Part shown: one piece after another, positions 37,628 to 50,337 of the stretch
How the letters are laid out: each line of letters begins with the position of its first letter
How positions within the stretch are numbered: position 1 is the first letter of the stretch
NCBI GenBank assembly: GCA_907165135.1
Contig: OU015568.1
Coordinates: forward strand, 3,782,001-3,846,000
From: Oikopleura dioica
Taxonomy: Eukaryota > Animalia > Chordata
Direction of reading: 5' to 3'
DNA: 64,000 nucleotides
Notes under the pieces: generated by a model
The model's input: the letters and a program-made list of their open reading frames with translations, nothing else
Told to the model about the DNA's origin: nothing
Database searches by the model: none
Translations under genes and position numbers: made by a program

Positions 37628-40083
37628 TAACGACATGGTCAACTAGAGAATAATTAAAAATTTGTTGTGAAAAGGGCTGTCTAAACTTACCACGTGGAGG
37701 AATGTAGAGCGGCGCGATCCCACGGAGCTGGACGGGTTGACTTGCCATTACTCGGCCTCTAGAATTTTATCAAACTGAGGGAGCGAAATTCCAAAATTAA
37801 AAAAGGGTGGACGCTCATAGCAATTTGCTATCTTCATATTTTTACATTTCTAAATTTTGAAATAAATGGCTGATAAATAACCCGCTCGCGGCTTTTGAGA
37901 TAAAGAAAAAGCCGCGCGCGGCTAGTAAATTAAACATTTTTATTTTATTTTATTGCGGCTTTCTCCCTTATTTTTCTAAATAAATTCTCGTCTTTTTTGC
38001 TAAAATGTAAGTTTTTACAAAGTTATCAAATAAATCAATCTTTTTGATGGAATGTTTAAACTCATTTGACTTTTTCAACTTTTGGAGAAAGAAATAAATT
38101 TATCTTCGACATCTGTATAAATAAAACTAGAGCTGTTGAAAGTTACCTGCCAGGTGTGATACTGTAAGATTTGACTGTAAGCAGAGCTCGTATTGCCACA
38201 GTGTGAATTTCCTACTGTTAGCTACTGTAGCCGGAAATATATGAAATGTGGAGCTTTTCCTTTTGAGAAGTCGTATGGAGATCCTTGGCCACGTCCTTTT
38301 TTCTATCTTTGTGTTTTGCTTATGAAAACAAACGGATTAAGGGTGTCATCATGATTATTTTTCGCAATTTAAAACACGTTCCTGTTTTGACCCCTCTTTT
38401 CGGATGAAAAAAGCCACCAGCGTTTATCCTAAAAACATCGATCTTCTCAAATTCTCCCAATCGGTCTGTGAGAAACTTTTTTATTTCATTGAAAATACAG
38501 AATCGAAATCAGACAATCAGACAATTCAAGTCTAAGACTCCCAAATCTTCCAAAAAAAAGAAAGAATGGCCTTTTTGGCGAGTTCTATTGTCAAAAAATT
38601 ATCAATAAGATAGATTGAGATAGAGAAATAAACAATGATTTTAGCTTTTCTCACTAGCGATTTTTACTTCATTATTTACAGTTAACATCTGTTACAGTAT
38701 GAAAATCGAAGGAGTATTTACATAGGTCAAGGATGAAACTTCAAATATAAACTACAGAATGTATAAATTAAGTGAATTAAATTTTATTTATGTAGAATTA
38801 AGGGTTTCCATAAGTCTTTTTCTCAGAATTTTGGTTGGCGTATGGCTTATTTGTAGATGGAAACCCTTAATCTTAACCCTAGCTTTTATTTTTCTACCGC
38901 TTTGTTAAATATTATCCTTACTCAAAAAAATCTGTCGAAGAAAGTACCTTCTTGGTGAAAATCTTCCTTGAGCCTCACAAAAGCTCCAAAAATAAAGCAA
39001 AAACAGAGTCTTCCTCATTTTCCTTTCTCTCTATTTTCTCCTCTTTCTCTCTCTAATGTGATGCCAATCAACACAGATGAAAAAGACACGTTCTATTCGG
39101 GGCCCGGATCAAAGAGAATCAATTTGTCGATAGTTTCTCTGAAAAATTGGGTCAGGTTGGGCTAGAAGGGAAAGAAAAGCCTGAGCGAAGGCAGTGGCCC
39201 AGGGACCAGCCCTGGGAGGTTTAGCGCCGCCGCCGTACCACCTCACGCTGCGCCAGGCCTTCTGACCCTAGTTCATCAAGTTCCTTTGGTCTTTATGGAA
39301 TTTTGAGAAGTTTATTGAGAATTTCCACCTCATGGAAGGAGTTTTTGTTTCTCGATTAACTGAGCATCATTTTCTTTTAATTTATCATTTTCACTAGACA
39401 AACAAATGTCAAACCGATGACAAAACTTTGGCAAAATCGGTGTTGATTGAATTTTGGGCACAAATCAATTCAAAAGACTTCTTTTCTTTGACCTTTGTAG
39501 ACCTTTCTTATAATAAAACATGACACGTGATGAAGAGTCTGTCAGGTTTAAAAGACAATCTTGATCATAAACAAGCGGGAAACAGGCGCCACACATGTTT
39601 CTCATAAATACAACAATTTTTTTTTGATCATCGTTTCTTTTCATTTTTACAAAATTGACCTTTCACAGTGGAGCTGCCAGCCTTTTTGTCAAAAAGAAAT
39701 CGAAAGATTGTTTTAATTTGGTCAGCTGCGGGTAAGATATAAAAAATGAATTTAAATTCTGAATAGGGTGAAAATTTAAATAGCCATCGCCCCAGCAAAT
39801 ACGCCTGTGAAATTATGCAATTTAGACAATTTTTAAGAGGGCTTTTGAAGGTCATTTTGGGATGCATGAAAGACATGATGTCTGCCTCACGCATTCTTTT
39901 TCAGAAAGAAATTTGTAAATTATTCTTTCTAGTGGGAATTTCGATGATTGATGAATTATTTCGCGCGTTAGCGTAAAAGATGAATCGGATACTGAAAAGA
40001 TTTTCCAGTTGATTACAGATGCTAACGATTATGCGCTCATAAAAAGATCAAGCATCCGGAAGAAAATTTCATTTTCAGTCAAG

Positions 40084-40934
40084 ATGAGAATTTTTCGAGT
40101 TTTTCTTCTAGAGATTGTCCTTTCGCAGCCTGATCCTGCTTGCCAAGGTAAGAAATGGCCCGATACGACCGATTTGAGCCTTTTTACGGCTTCTGATTGG
40201 CTTGACTCGGAAGAAAACCATTCTGATTGGCCTTTAATATAAAAAAGAAAGAAGGCTTTAGATGAATTTCTAGCGCCGCAAAAAGTATGCAATGGCATAA
40301 AAGACTGTTTCCTCGGAGAAGATGAAATGAATTGTCCAATACAAAGCTCGACTGGAGAAGAAAATTGTGTCAATCTTTTTCGATGCGATAACAAGTAAAA
40401 GAACAGCTTGCCTCACCTCTTTTTCAACCCCTTTTCAGATGCCTGGATAACTCAAAAGTCTGCGATGGGAACCAAGATTGCACCAACGGCATGGATGAAA
40501 CTTTGTGCTATTTTTACTCAAATCCGGAATTTTGGATGACCGAAAGCGAAGGCCCCTGCGGACAAGATCCAAAGTGTTCAAATCCGCTCACTTGCGACGA
40601 TGTTGAGTCTCTTTATCTAACTCTCATCAACTGTTCAATTCTAGAGTTGCGATTTGGTGGGATTCTATCGATGCTACGATGCAAGACAAAATCAAGTCGA
40701 TGATAGTTTTTGCGCGAGCGCCGGGCCCGTAAGAATCTCGTGAATTCGGGCTTTTCGATTATTCAAAATTTTCAGAACTACGTAAATAAAAAATGCAGTT
40801 CTTGTGTGGTGACTGAGCCCGGAAATTTGGCAACTGGAAATCAAGAAAATGAAACTGGCGAAAACGAAGAGAATGGTTCATCAACTCGTTTTCTTTCCTT
40901 TCTCATTTTTGCCTCAATCGTCATTTTACAATAA
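40084..40934 (+). CDS. Small LDL-receptor class A repeat protein with signal peptide and hydrophobic (GPI-like) C-terminus
   Basis: VCNGIKDCFLGEDEMNC and FRCDNK|CLDNSKVCDGNQDCTNGMDETLC; ends SSTRFLSFLIFASIVILQ*. Confidence 0.8.
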
Positions 40935-41060
40935 ATTTATTTGCAAAAAGCTTAAGGGACCCGGGCGAGTAACGCGTAGCCCAACTTCACGCGCCCGTAA
41001 TTATTCTTTTACAAAAGCTTTTTCGAAACTTTTTTTTTCTAAACATATCTACATTCATTC

Positions 41061-42628
41061 GGGATTGATGACTAAGTTCGTGGGGACTAGGTTCGTGGGA
41101 CTAGGTTCGTAGGTGGTTATGCCAAAGTATGCAAGATGGGGTATGGTTTCCTTTCTATAAGGAACAATGTGGTGCGACTAGGTTCGTGGGACTAGGTTCG
41201 TAGGGGTGCTAGGTTCGTGGGTTTTGAAATTAGAGATTTTTCTATAAGTATTATAAGTATTATAAAAATAATAAATTTTTTTTATAAGGAACAATTGAGT
41301 GCGACTAGGTTCGTGGGACTAGGTTCGTGGGTTTTGAAATTTTTTTTATAAGGAACAATTGAGTGCGACTAGGTTCGTGGGACTAGGTTCGTGGGTTTTG
41401 AAATTTTTTTTATAAGGAACAATTGAGTGCGACTAGGTTCGTGGGACTAGGTTCGTGAGTTTTGAAATTTTTTATAAGGAACAATTGAGTGCGACTAGGT
41501 TCGTGGGACTAGGTTCGTGGGTTTTGAAATTTTTTATAAGGAAAAGGAGGGTGCGACTAGGTTCGTGGGACTAGGTTCGTGGGTTTTGAAATTTTTTTAT
41601 AAGGAAAAGGGGGTGCGACTAGGTTCGTGGGACTAGGTTCGTGAAGACTAGGTTCGTGAAGACTAGGTTCGTGAAGACTAGGTTCGTGAAGACTAGGTTC
41701 GTGAAGACTAGGTTCGTGGGACTAGGTTCGTGGGACTAGGTTCGTGAAGATTAGGTTCGTGAAGACTAGGTTCGTGGGACTAGGTTCGTGGGTTGTAAAA
41801 TTGGGTAAAGTTGAATGGTAAAAAAATGACTTCCCACCCCCACCCCCAAAATAAGCCGCTAGGCTCTTTAACTGAATTTCTATGTTAGCGCTGAATAACA
41901 ATGGTTGCCTTGGAAGAATTGGTGATAACTATAACGCAGCAAAGCTAACTTTTTGAAACACGATTCTACTGCACCTTAACTTTCTTAAAACCCACGAACC
42001 TAGTCCCACGAACCTAGTCGCACCCCATTTTCCTTATATAAAAAAATTTTTAAAAGCCACGAACCTAGTCCCACGAACCAAGTCGCACCTCCCTTTTCCT
42101 TATAAAAAATTTCAGAACCCACGAACCTAGTCTCACGAACCTAGTCGCACCCCACTTTTCCTTATAAAAAAATTTCAAAACCCACGAACCTAGTCCCACG
42201 AACCTAGTCGCACCCTCCTTTTCCTTATAAAAAAATTTCAAAACCCACGAACCTAGTCCCACGAACCTAGTCGCACATAATTTCTCCTTATAGAATAAAA
42301 ATAATTACCAATTAAAAACCCACGAACCTAGTCCCACGAACCTAGTCGCACATATTTTTTCCTTATAGAATAAAAATTCTAACCAATCAAAAACCCCCGA
42401 ACCTATATTTAGATAGCAATATTATATTATATGATCATATAATTACAATACATATATATAAATATATATAAATAAATATATACATATAAATAACACTTTA
42501 TCATTATAAATAAAATATACATATAAAATCAAAAACTCACGAACCTAGTCCCACGAACCACGTTTTCAAGCCAGCCACCCACGAACCTAGTCCCACGAAC
42601 CTAGTCCCCACGAACTTAGTCATCCCAC
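41061..42628. mobile_element. Nested non-autonomous foldback element with modular tandem-repeat arms, inserted in the Kolobok left TIR
   Basis: ACATTCATTC duplicated at 41051-41060 and 42629-42638 (9-10 bp TSD, Mutator/Foldback-like). ACTAGGTTCGTG(GG/AAG) arrays on + at 41070-41793 and inverted at ~41985-42620. Confidence 0.88.
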
Positions 42629-43022
42629 ACATTCATTCAGCTTTTACCTCCCACTTTCAGTTTTCTCTATCGTTATTAATTCTTGAGCTAGGGTGAAAAA
42701 GAGAAGTTCAACTTCAAAAGGAATCAACTCCTGCAAATTTCATTTGTTCTCAACGAAATTTATACTGGATGAAAGCCCAGAAAATTCTCTACAAATTCCA
42801 CGTAGTGCGCTAATCTGAAATTGCTAATTACAGTAGATTATGGCCGATAAGCAATGTAACTTAGCGCGCGCGCAGCGGGATCGCAGCATGATCTCGCTCG
42901 GCGGGTCGCGCTGGTGCAACTATTCTTGGCTTCCTGGGCGATGTAACTAAGATTTTTCTTATCAAAATCTATTTGAACATAACTTGCTCAATTGCTCCAT
43001 CTTTTGAAGAATAACAAATATA

Positions 43023-45161
43023 ATGACTCGTTTTTCTTGTTTCTGTTTTCAAAATGCCGAAAAAGTAAAAAGCAACTTCTTGGCGAAATTAATAACAAAC
43101 AGAAATATGCAAAAATCACGATCAGAAGACGACTCTTCATCCAGAACAGTATATTTTATTTACCACTCAAGACTGTCGAAGATCGTGAACAAGCTTGCTT
43201 GTCCGAAATGCACCAACGTCGGATCATTTGATGTCAACTTTACGAAGATGAATCTGCTGAACTTTTACATCGTAATAAGCTGCTCGAGGTGCAAGAAGTG
43301 GACAAGCGGAAGCTGGCTTCTTCCAGACAAGTTCAACGAAGCCTTTCAAGCAGCGAAAACTTGTGTTGGAATCGTCGACGCTCAAATCAACCGCTTCTTA
43401 GCACTGATCGGAATGAGCGGGAAAGCGAAAAACGGGGAGGAGAGGATGCCAGACTTTCATCATTCAAGCTCGACTGCTCAAGATCTTCAAAATTTGGTCG
43501 ACGGAAAAATCATCGAGCTTGCAAAGAAGTCAATGCTTGCTGCTAGAAATTCTCTCGTCTCCGAAGCCCGGAAATTCAAAGCCAAATCGATGCAAGTAGC
43601 TGTTGACGGTTGTTATAACGATACTGGTAAGTTCATTTGACGGGCTTTATCTAGCCATATTTCGAAGGGCTGAATTTGAGGGGCTTTATCTGGCCAAATT
43701 TTGAAGGGCAAGATTTGAGAGGCTTTATCTGGCCAAATTTTGAAGGGCTGTAATTGGACAAATTATGAAGGGCTTTATCTAGCCAAATTTTGAAGGGCTG
43801 TAGTTGGACAAATTTCGAAGGGCTTTATCTGGCCAAATTTTGAAGGGCTGTAGTTGGACAAATTTCGAAGGGCTTTATCTGGCCAAATTTTGAAGGGCTG
43901 AATTTGATGGGCTGTAGTTGGACAAATTGCTAAAATCTTGAAATAATAAGTTCTTTTCAGGTCACAAAAGAAACTCTGCTCAAGCATGCATCGTCAGCGT
44001 CGTTGCAAAAGTCCGAGGGCTATGGAAAATCATCGGCAACAAAGTCGTCAAAAAACCACAAGAAATATCCGAAGAGCAGCTGAAAGCTGAAGGCAAGGGA
44101 TTCATCGCTCCTCGAGGAACTGTCTCATCACAACTGGAGAAAATTGGCACTCGTGAAGTTTTCGAGCAGACATTGCTTCCGGTACATCAACAGCTCCAGA
44201 TACTGTCATCAAAATCGCTTGTGATAAAGACGCTGGTATTCGAGATCCGAAAAATACAAATGTCTTTGTTGATGAAGAAAGAAGCAACCAGCTCATGATT
44301 CCAATGAACCGATATGAATTCGTGGACGACCGAGCTCACATCTCCAAAAACATCCCCGGCACCGTCAACCGAAATTTCAAGACTGGCTCTTCAGAAATGC
44401 GATTCACGCCGCTGCAAAAATTGGAGATTCTTTCCCGTCTTCAGCGTGCTACAGAAGAAACTATGGACAAATGCAGTACAGGTGAATGGGGACTTGCTGA
44501 GGCCACCGCAAAAATGAACAAGACTCGTCTCCATTCTTATGGCGATCACTCGATGTGCGACTCCAATTGCCCCGGAAAACCACCTATCTTTCAACCCCAT
44601 GGCGCCTTTACTCAGGAGAAAATTGTTTCCGAAGTCGATGCATTCTTCGCAGCTCACTTTGGGGAAAAATTCATCGAATCTCTCGTCGCAACTGGCTCAT
44701 CATCTCCTGTTGAGTTTTACCACGCACTTATGATTCGAAGGCGACTTTGGGTAAAAGGAACACATGCAAGTGTTCTTTCTCGACGATATGAGGTCGCAGC
44801 AGCGATCTCGACGCTCATCTACAATGAAGGACAAGACAAAGCTTTCAAAATGATGCTTGAAGCTGTCAGCTATGCAGTTCCAGAAGTTGGGCTTGAGAGG
44901 ATCGAGGCACAGGAGAAGGAACGAAAAGAAAAATGCGAAGAAAAACAGAAGAAGAAGTCAAAAGTTGAGAATGCAAGACGACGAAATCAAAAACAATACA
45001 CGGAAATGGGAGGATATGCCACTCAGAAACAGCGCGACATCGAAAACTCAAGACGAATTTTTGAAGAAAAAGAAGAGGACCTGCCTGAATTCGATGAACT
45101 TCTTGCAATGGAGTCATCAGAAGATTTTGATGACTACGAAACGACAGTTGTAGAAATCTAA
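43023..45161 (+). CDS. Kolobok-type DDE transposase; intron 43628-43960; 1-nt frameshift near 44160
   Basis: N-terminal CPKC..CSRC zinc motif; VAVDGCYNDTG|HKRNS, KIACDKDAG, DDRAHISKN and SSPVEFYHA correspond to the D, D, H and E motifs; K/E-rich C-terminal tail. Confidence 0.8.
43640..43925. repeat. 50-bp minisatellite (two ~25-bp subunits) filling the transposase intron
   Basis: GAAGGGCTTTATCTGGCCAAATTTT-GAAGGGCTGTAGTTGGACAAATTTC repeated; period 50 (e.g. 43801 and 43851). Confidence 0.9.
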
Positions 45162-45810
45162 GCTTTCTTATTTATTTATGATCCACTCTTATCCCAAAAA
45201 TAAAATGAACCACTTTATGAAAATTGTGACAGTTCGTTCCTTCAGAATCACCGCGAGCTCGAGGCGCTGCGATCCCGCTGCGCGCGCGCTTAGTTACATA
45301 GCTTATCGGCCATAATCTACTGTTATTAGCAATTTCAGATTAGCGCACTACGTGGAATTTGTAGAGAATTTTCTGGGCTTTCATCCAGTATAAATTTTGT
45401 TGAGAACAAATGAAATTTGCAGGAGTTGATTCCTTTTGAAGTTGAACTTCTCTTTTTCACCCTAGCTCAAGAATTAATAACGATAGAGAAAAACTGAAAG
45501 TGGTAGGTAAAAGCTGAATGAATGTAGATATGTTTAGAAAAAAAAAGTTTCGAAAAAGCTTTTGTAAAAGAATAATTACGGGCGCGTGAAGTTGGGCTAC
45601 GCGTTACTCGCCCGGGTCCCTTAAATCACGAGATCTTTCTCTGACCAACACGTTCAAAACGCATGAAAAGGCGATAAAAATAACGTCATATAAGTATGGA
45701 TCCGTGGTGACGGGGAAACATTATCTACCGCCCGGATAGTCGAAGATTAGATTCTCGCTGTTATTTATAAGCTCAACTCTCTTTTTTTTTCAATTCAGAT
45801 ATTTAGAGAA

Positions 45811-47494
45811 ATGAAGTTGATAGGAGCCCTTTTTGGGCTGGCGAGAGCGCTGACTGATGATGAGGTCGCTCAATTTGTCTGTAGAGATCAGGACTACTCC
45901 CAGGTAAACAACAATTTTCGTGGAAAGGAGGAATTACTGTTTGTTTAATGAAAAAATATTCAGTACAACATGGTAGATACAGCTGGTGGCGATTACATGA
46001 CCACCACTGCTACCGCCGACAACGGCTGGATCGGCTGCCATCCGGACATGAGCGAGTGCTACCGAACCCAGCTCGCATGTTCCGTAAGCATGACCTATCT
46101 CTCCGGCCCGGACAAATACCAGTTCGATTCCAACGGCATTCCCGATCATAATGCCTGGGGAATGGCGGGAAATTCCGCAACAATTGTCGAACAGAGCAAT
46201 AGTTTCCGAGTTCCACGAGTTCCTGTTCTTTTGGACATTTCTGAAATGACGCCTGCTGGGCAAGGAGCTATCGCATTCGCGAAGAATGGTGTGTCGATTT
46301 TCGGACCGTACAATTCGAATTGCTGCGACGCTACTTTTCAAGAAATCCGCTCGATGGACTATTGCCTCGGTCATCCTGCGAATGGCAACTATCATTATCA
46401 CTACTTTTCCTACAATACCCAAGGTACCTTTCCCCTGGCGAAAATTATTCTTATTTTGACTAAAATTTTAGGCGGACAGGGCTGTTTGAATTCTTGCGCC
46501 GCTGGAGAAGTTTCCGACCTCGTTGGCGTAGCAAAAGATGGCTTCCCAATCTACGGGCCAATGCAATGGTGGTCCCCGTCCGAGGAGAAAATATACATGG
46601 ACGAATCACTTTGCTCCGACTGCGAGCTTCGCCAGATCCGAGAATACCAGACTGACATTTGCGGAGGAATCGAAGTCGCTGATGGCAGTGCTGATGATGG
46701 TACGAGATATCGATACATTGTCACTGGAACCTTTCCCTTCAATTTACAGTGCTATCGAGGCGATATCAGCCTCTCTCGAGCGCCGACAAATTCTGGTGGA
46801 TGGAGAGAATTTACTGTTAACAATAGCTGCGGTGTTGACAATACTGCGGGAACCGTTTTTATAAAGATGTGATTTTGATAACATAACTAAAACATCTAAA
46901 AACGCTTTGAAAGATGGAACATGTGAGATTATGAACGAAGAATTTCTGCAAGCTCTTGGTTGTTCCCCAGGAAACTGTCCTTACAATCCGAATAGTTTGA
47001 GAAAACTCAACTGGTGGCAGAGATCGAAGACTCATGTTGTCGATGATGTTTATCATCTTTGCGAGGGGTGCACTGTAAGTACTCGATGATTGATTGTTGA
47101 GAAGGATGGTGACGATCTTTTGAAGGATGAAAATTGTATTACATATACAACGACTACTACAACTACCACACCAACAACAACCTCAACAACTACGACTTCA
47201 ACGACAACAACGACAACTACTACCACCACTACGACGACGACTACCACTACGACCACTACTACGACAACAACCACGACAACCACTACGTCAACGACAACGA
47301 CGACAACAACTACAACTACTACAACTACTACAACTACGACATCTACGACGACAACATCAACAACAACGACATCAGGCACAACGACAACAACAACATTGAT
47401 TCCGACAAGTAAGCGAATAAGAGACACCCTATATTTTTCCAGAAATTCAAAGACAGAAACAGAGCAAAATATAATTATACAAAATTATAAATAG
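45811..47494 (+). CDS. Secreted YHYH-domain protein with C-terminal Cys segment and poly-Thr tail
   Basis: Signal MKLIGALFGLARA; NGIPDH..FRVP..GAIAFAKNGVSIFGP..DYCLGHPANGNYHYHY..VGVAKDGFPIYGP..DICGG..YRYIVTGTFPF..CYRG; short GT-AG introns. Confidence 0.85.
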
Positions 47495-47699
47495 TTCACA
47501 AAAGGTGAACAGAAAAATGACCTTTGTTCCGGCCACGTCCGCTGCTTTTAATTTTCCATTTCTCAAGTGGTTGACAAGTTGACAGACAAACCGACCACAA
47601 GGTGGCATAACATTATGGTAATTACTACCCCTAAGTGGGTTATATAAACGTTTCATCTTCCTTGAATGGAACAAACGAAAATCAGCAGAAAATCGAAAA

Positions 47700-48356
47700 A
47701 TGGTCAAAATACAGAGCCTCTTGATCGGAGCTGCTTTTGCAGGAAGGCAAAGAAACTCGACGGAATTTGGCTTCCGGTAGTCTTCAACTTGTCTTTATTT
47801 TTTCATCCCTTTTTCAGAAGCGTAGAAGTCGATCCAGAAGCCCCAATCACGTGTTGGACCTGCAAAAGCGCGAGAAACTTTGCCAACTGTGAAAATATAG
47901 GAAATGGTTCAAAAATATTTTAAGATTCTCTTCGTTCAATTTTGTCGTTTCAATTTTTGAACCAAATCAAGGCAAGCAAAAAATTTGCAAAAAAGATCAA
48001 GTCTGCCAACTGACCGTTCGAGAACGAAACGACAATAAGGGAGTACGAAAGATAATCAGGGTCGATACAGGATGCAAGCAAAGAAAAGCTTGTAACAGAA
48101 ATCATGCGAATAATTTCAAAGGTAAAAATATTCAAGTGTCGTTGACATTCATTTTTCCGAAGGATGGAAGCAAGGAAAAGACCAGACACAATGTCGACCT
48201 GAACACGAATTCATTCATTCAGTCTGTCGTCAGGTAAGATTTAACTGTTTTAAGCTCGTTGAATAAGATTTCTTCTAGTGCTGCGATTATAACAACTGCG
48301 TTCGAGATCCAGATTGGTGGTATCCTCAATCAAGATTCGAATGGGCTTGGAAGTAA
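47700..48356 (+). CDS. Secreted Ly6/three-finger-type protein (paralog 1)
   Basis: Signal MVKIQSLLIGAAFA; CWTCKSARNFANC..TGCKQRKAC..CRPE..SVCR..CCDYNNC..WWYPQSRFEWAWK*. Confidence 0.7.
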
Positions 48357-48445
48357 AAAATCATATTCCCTGCTTTATTTCAAATTCATAATGTAAATAA
48401 AAGAAAGAAAAATGATAGACTTCTCAAATTTCAGTGAAGTAAAAT

Positions 48446-50043
48446 TTATTCAACGTAATTAATCTTGATGGGCATCCTCGGGGTGTACCTCATTATCCTG
48501 CTTCTTTTTTTCTCTGAAGAATATCCACAGTAAAAAGCAAGAAAGCGGAATGAAAAAGATCAGTAAGGGCAGCCAAATTTCCCATAGAGACGGTGAGAGA
48601 CGATCAATCAGAAAACTTGAAGTTGTGTTTGAGTAAATTGTCGTTGTTTCTTCTTCTAAAGAAGTTCATGATAGATTGTGATTAATGAACTTGCTATATT
48701 TGTGAACTCTTTCCTGTGGTCAACTCAATCGGTTCAGTTATCAAAGCGGTAGTTGTGTTGCTGGAAACTGCCGCATTCGTGGTTTCCAGAATTAGTTGCG
48801 CGCTGGTGGTAAGCAACGGATTCTGCAGCGTCGTCACTTCCTGGGTTGGTTCATCCGTTGTAACCGGCTGAGTTGTTGTTTCTAAAGGAGATGATAAAGA
48901 GATGAGTGACGTCGATAGCTCAAATGTGGTTGTCTTTGAAAATTTTCATTTTAGTATTCCAATCATTGATAACCATAATATTTTAACGTATAGTGATCAA
49001 TTTTAAGTTTTTTCAAAGGATCATGACTGAATAATCATTTAAAGTATGAGCCGTTCCGTTATATTGGAGACGAAAAATTCTGATGAACAAAATCACAAAA
49101 ATGAGTCTTTCATAAATAAAAATTTCCTGAGGAACAGCTGTTGTTTCAACATCTTGAATCGTCGTATTTTGGACTAAGTTTGAAACTACCGTTGTCGTTT
49201 CTGGTGCGACTATTTCAGCAGATAATGGCGAAAGTCCCTGATCAAGGCATTCTTGATTGGATATTCCTAAAAAGAATTAAGGTTAGGTAGAAAAGTACGT
49301 CTTACCATTTTGAGCAGTTGAACTAAAAGGCAAAGACGAAAAATATGCATCTTTTGTTGATAAAATTGTGTATTCAACGGTTATATCTGCCAAACTTATC
49401 GATGGATCGTCTCGGTACCAAACAGGCAGGATGAACCCATCTTGGGCGGATTCTATCAGCTCATAACCGAGAAACACTAAAAGCTCTGTAAATGGATTCT
49501 AGTGCTAATTGAAAGACTTACGGACAGTATCATTGAGGTTCTGGCAGTCGATGAGGTTAAATGTTTGGTCTCGTTGATCCTAATATAGTTGATATTGGCT
49601 TATTTTATTGGGCACTTTTACCTGTAACCACTGAGGAATCGTGAATCTCGGGTCCCAGTCGAATCGTCCGACTGCTTCTCCCTGCTGATTTCTGACTTGA
49701 ATCACCAGGCCTCGTACTTCAAACGGAAACACATTGATGTCCATGGTCAGTATCCAAAAATCTTCTTGAAGGGCGAGCGGAGTGTCGAGGAAATTGGTGT
49801 TTCCAGATGGGTCAGAAAGTGTGATATCTCGGACTTCGCATCCTATGACACCAGAAGAATTTGTGAAGAAAAGATGTTTGGGCTTTTACAGGCTCTCTAC
49901 ATGGAGTAGGGTTAAAAAGGAATAAAAAATAGAGCCGGTTTCTTAAGGGTAGAGCAGACGAAATCAAGATCATCATCGCTGAATTGCTGTAGTTGACTGT
50001 AAGCGGAAATGAGCTCTAAAAAGCAGACAAGAAAAACTATCAT
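48446..50043 (-). CDS. Single-pass membrane protein: signal peptide, Reeler-like domain, Thr/Ser stalk, TM, short tail
   Basis: MIVFLVCFLELISA; PFEVRGLVIQVRNQQGEAVGRF resembles Reeler F.GF.LQAR..VG.F; TM IWLPLLIFFIPLSCFFTV. Confidence 0.55.
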
Positions 50044-50337
50044 CTCCTTAAAATTTTCTTCACTAAAAATCGATTATTGGATTGCTGTTGAACTAAGTCC
50101 GTTTTTATTATTTCAGCCATAACAATTCTCGATTCTCGATTATTTTCGTGGGAACCGATTTTTTTTATCAAAACATTTTTTCATCCAAAAATGATTTGAA
50201 AATCATGTTGTTACGTGTTCCATGAAATTCGCGAGCATGGCGACCTTTTGCTCGAAAAATGCCACGCTAGAAATTTTGGGATAAAATGGAACTCATCCAA
50301 TATGAACTCAACTCTTTTGATAAAAAGAAAATCTCCG

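Larger units (their letters stand above)
40956..45620 (+). mobile_element. Kolobok-type DNA transposon with ~354 bp TIRs and TTAA TSD
   Basis: TTAA|GGGACCCGGGCGAG ... CTCGCCCGGGTCCC|TTAA (TSD 40952-40955, 45621-45624); RR..YY termini. Right TIR ~45267-45620 matches left TIR 40956-41060 + 42639-~42886. Confidence 0.88.

Noticed and set aside
41275-41640. Regularly spaced ~63-bp repeats resembling a CRISPR array
   Set aside because: No unique spacers, eukaryotic context, and mirrored in the opposite arm of a foldback element.
44150-44175. Programmed -1 ribosomal frameshift in the transposase
   Set aside because: No X XXY YYZ slippery heptamer or obvious stimulatory structure; a homopolymer error or mutation is simpler.
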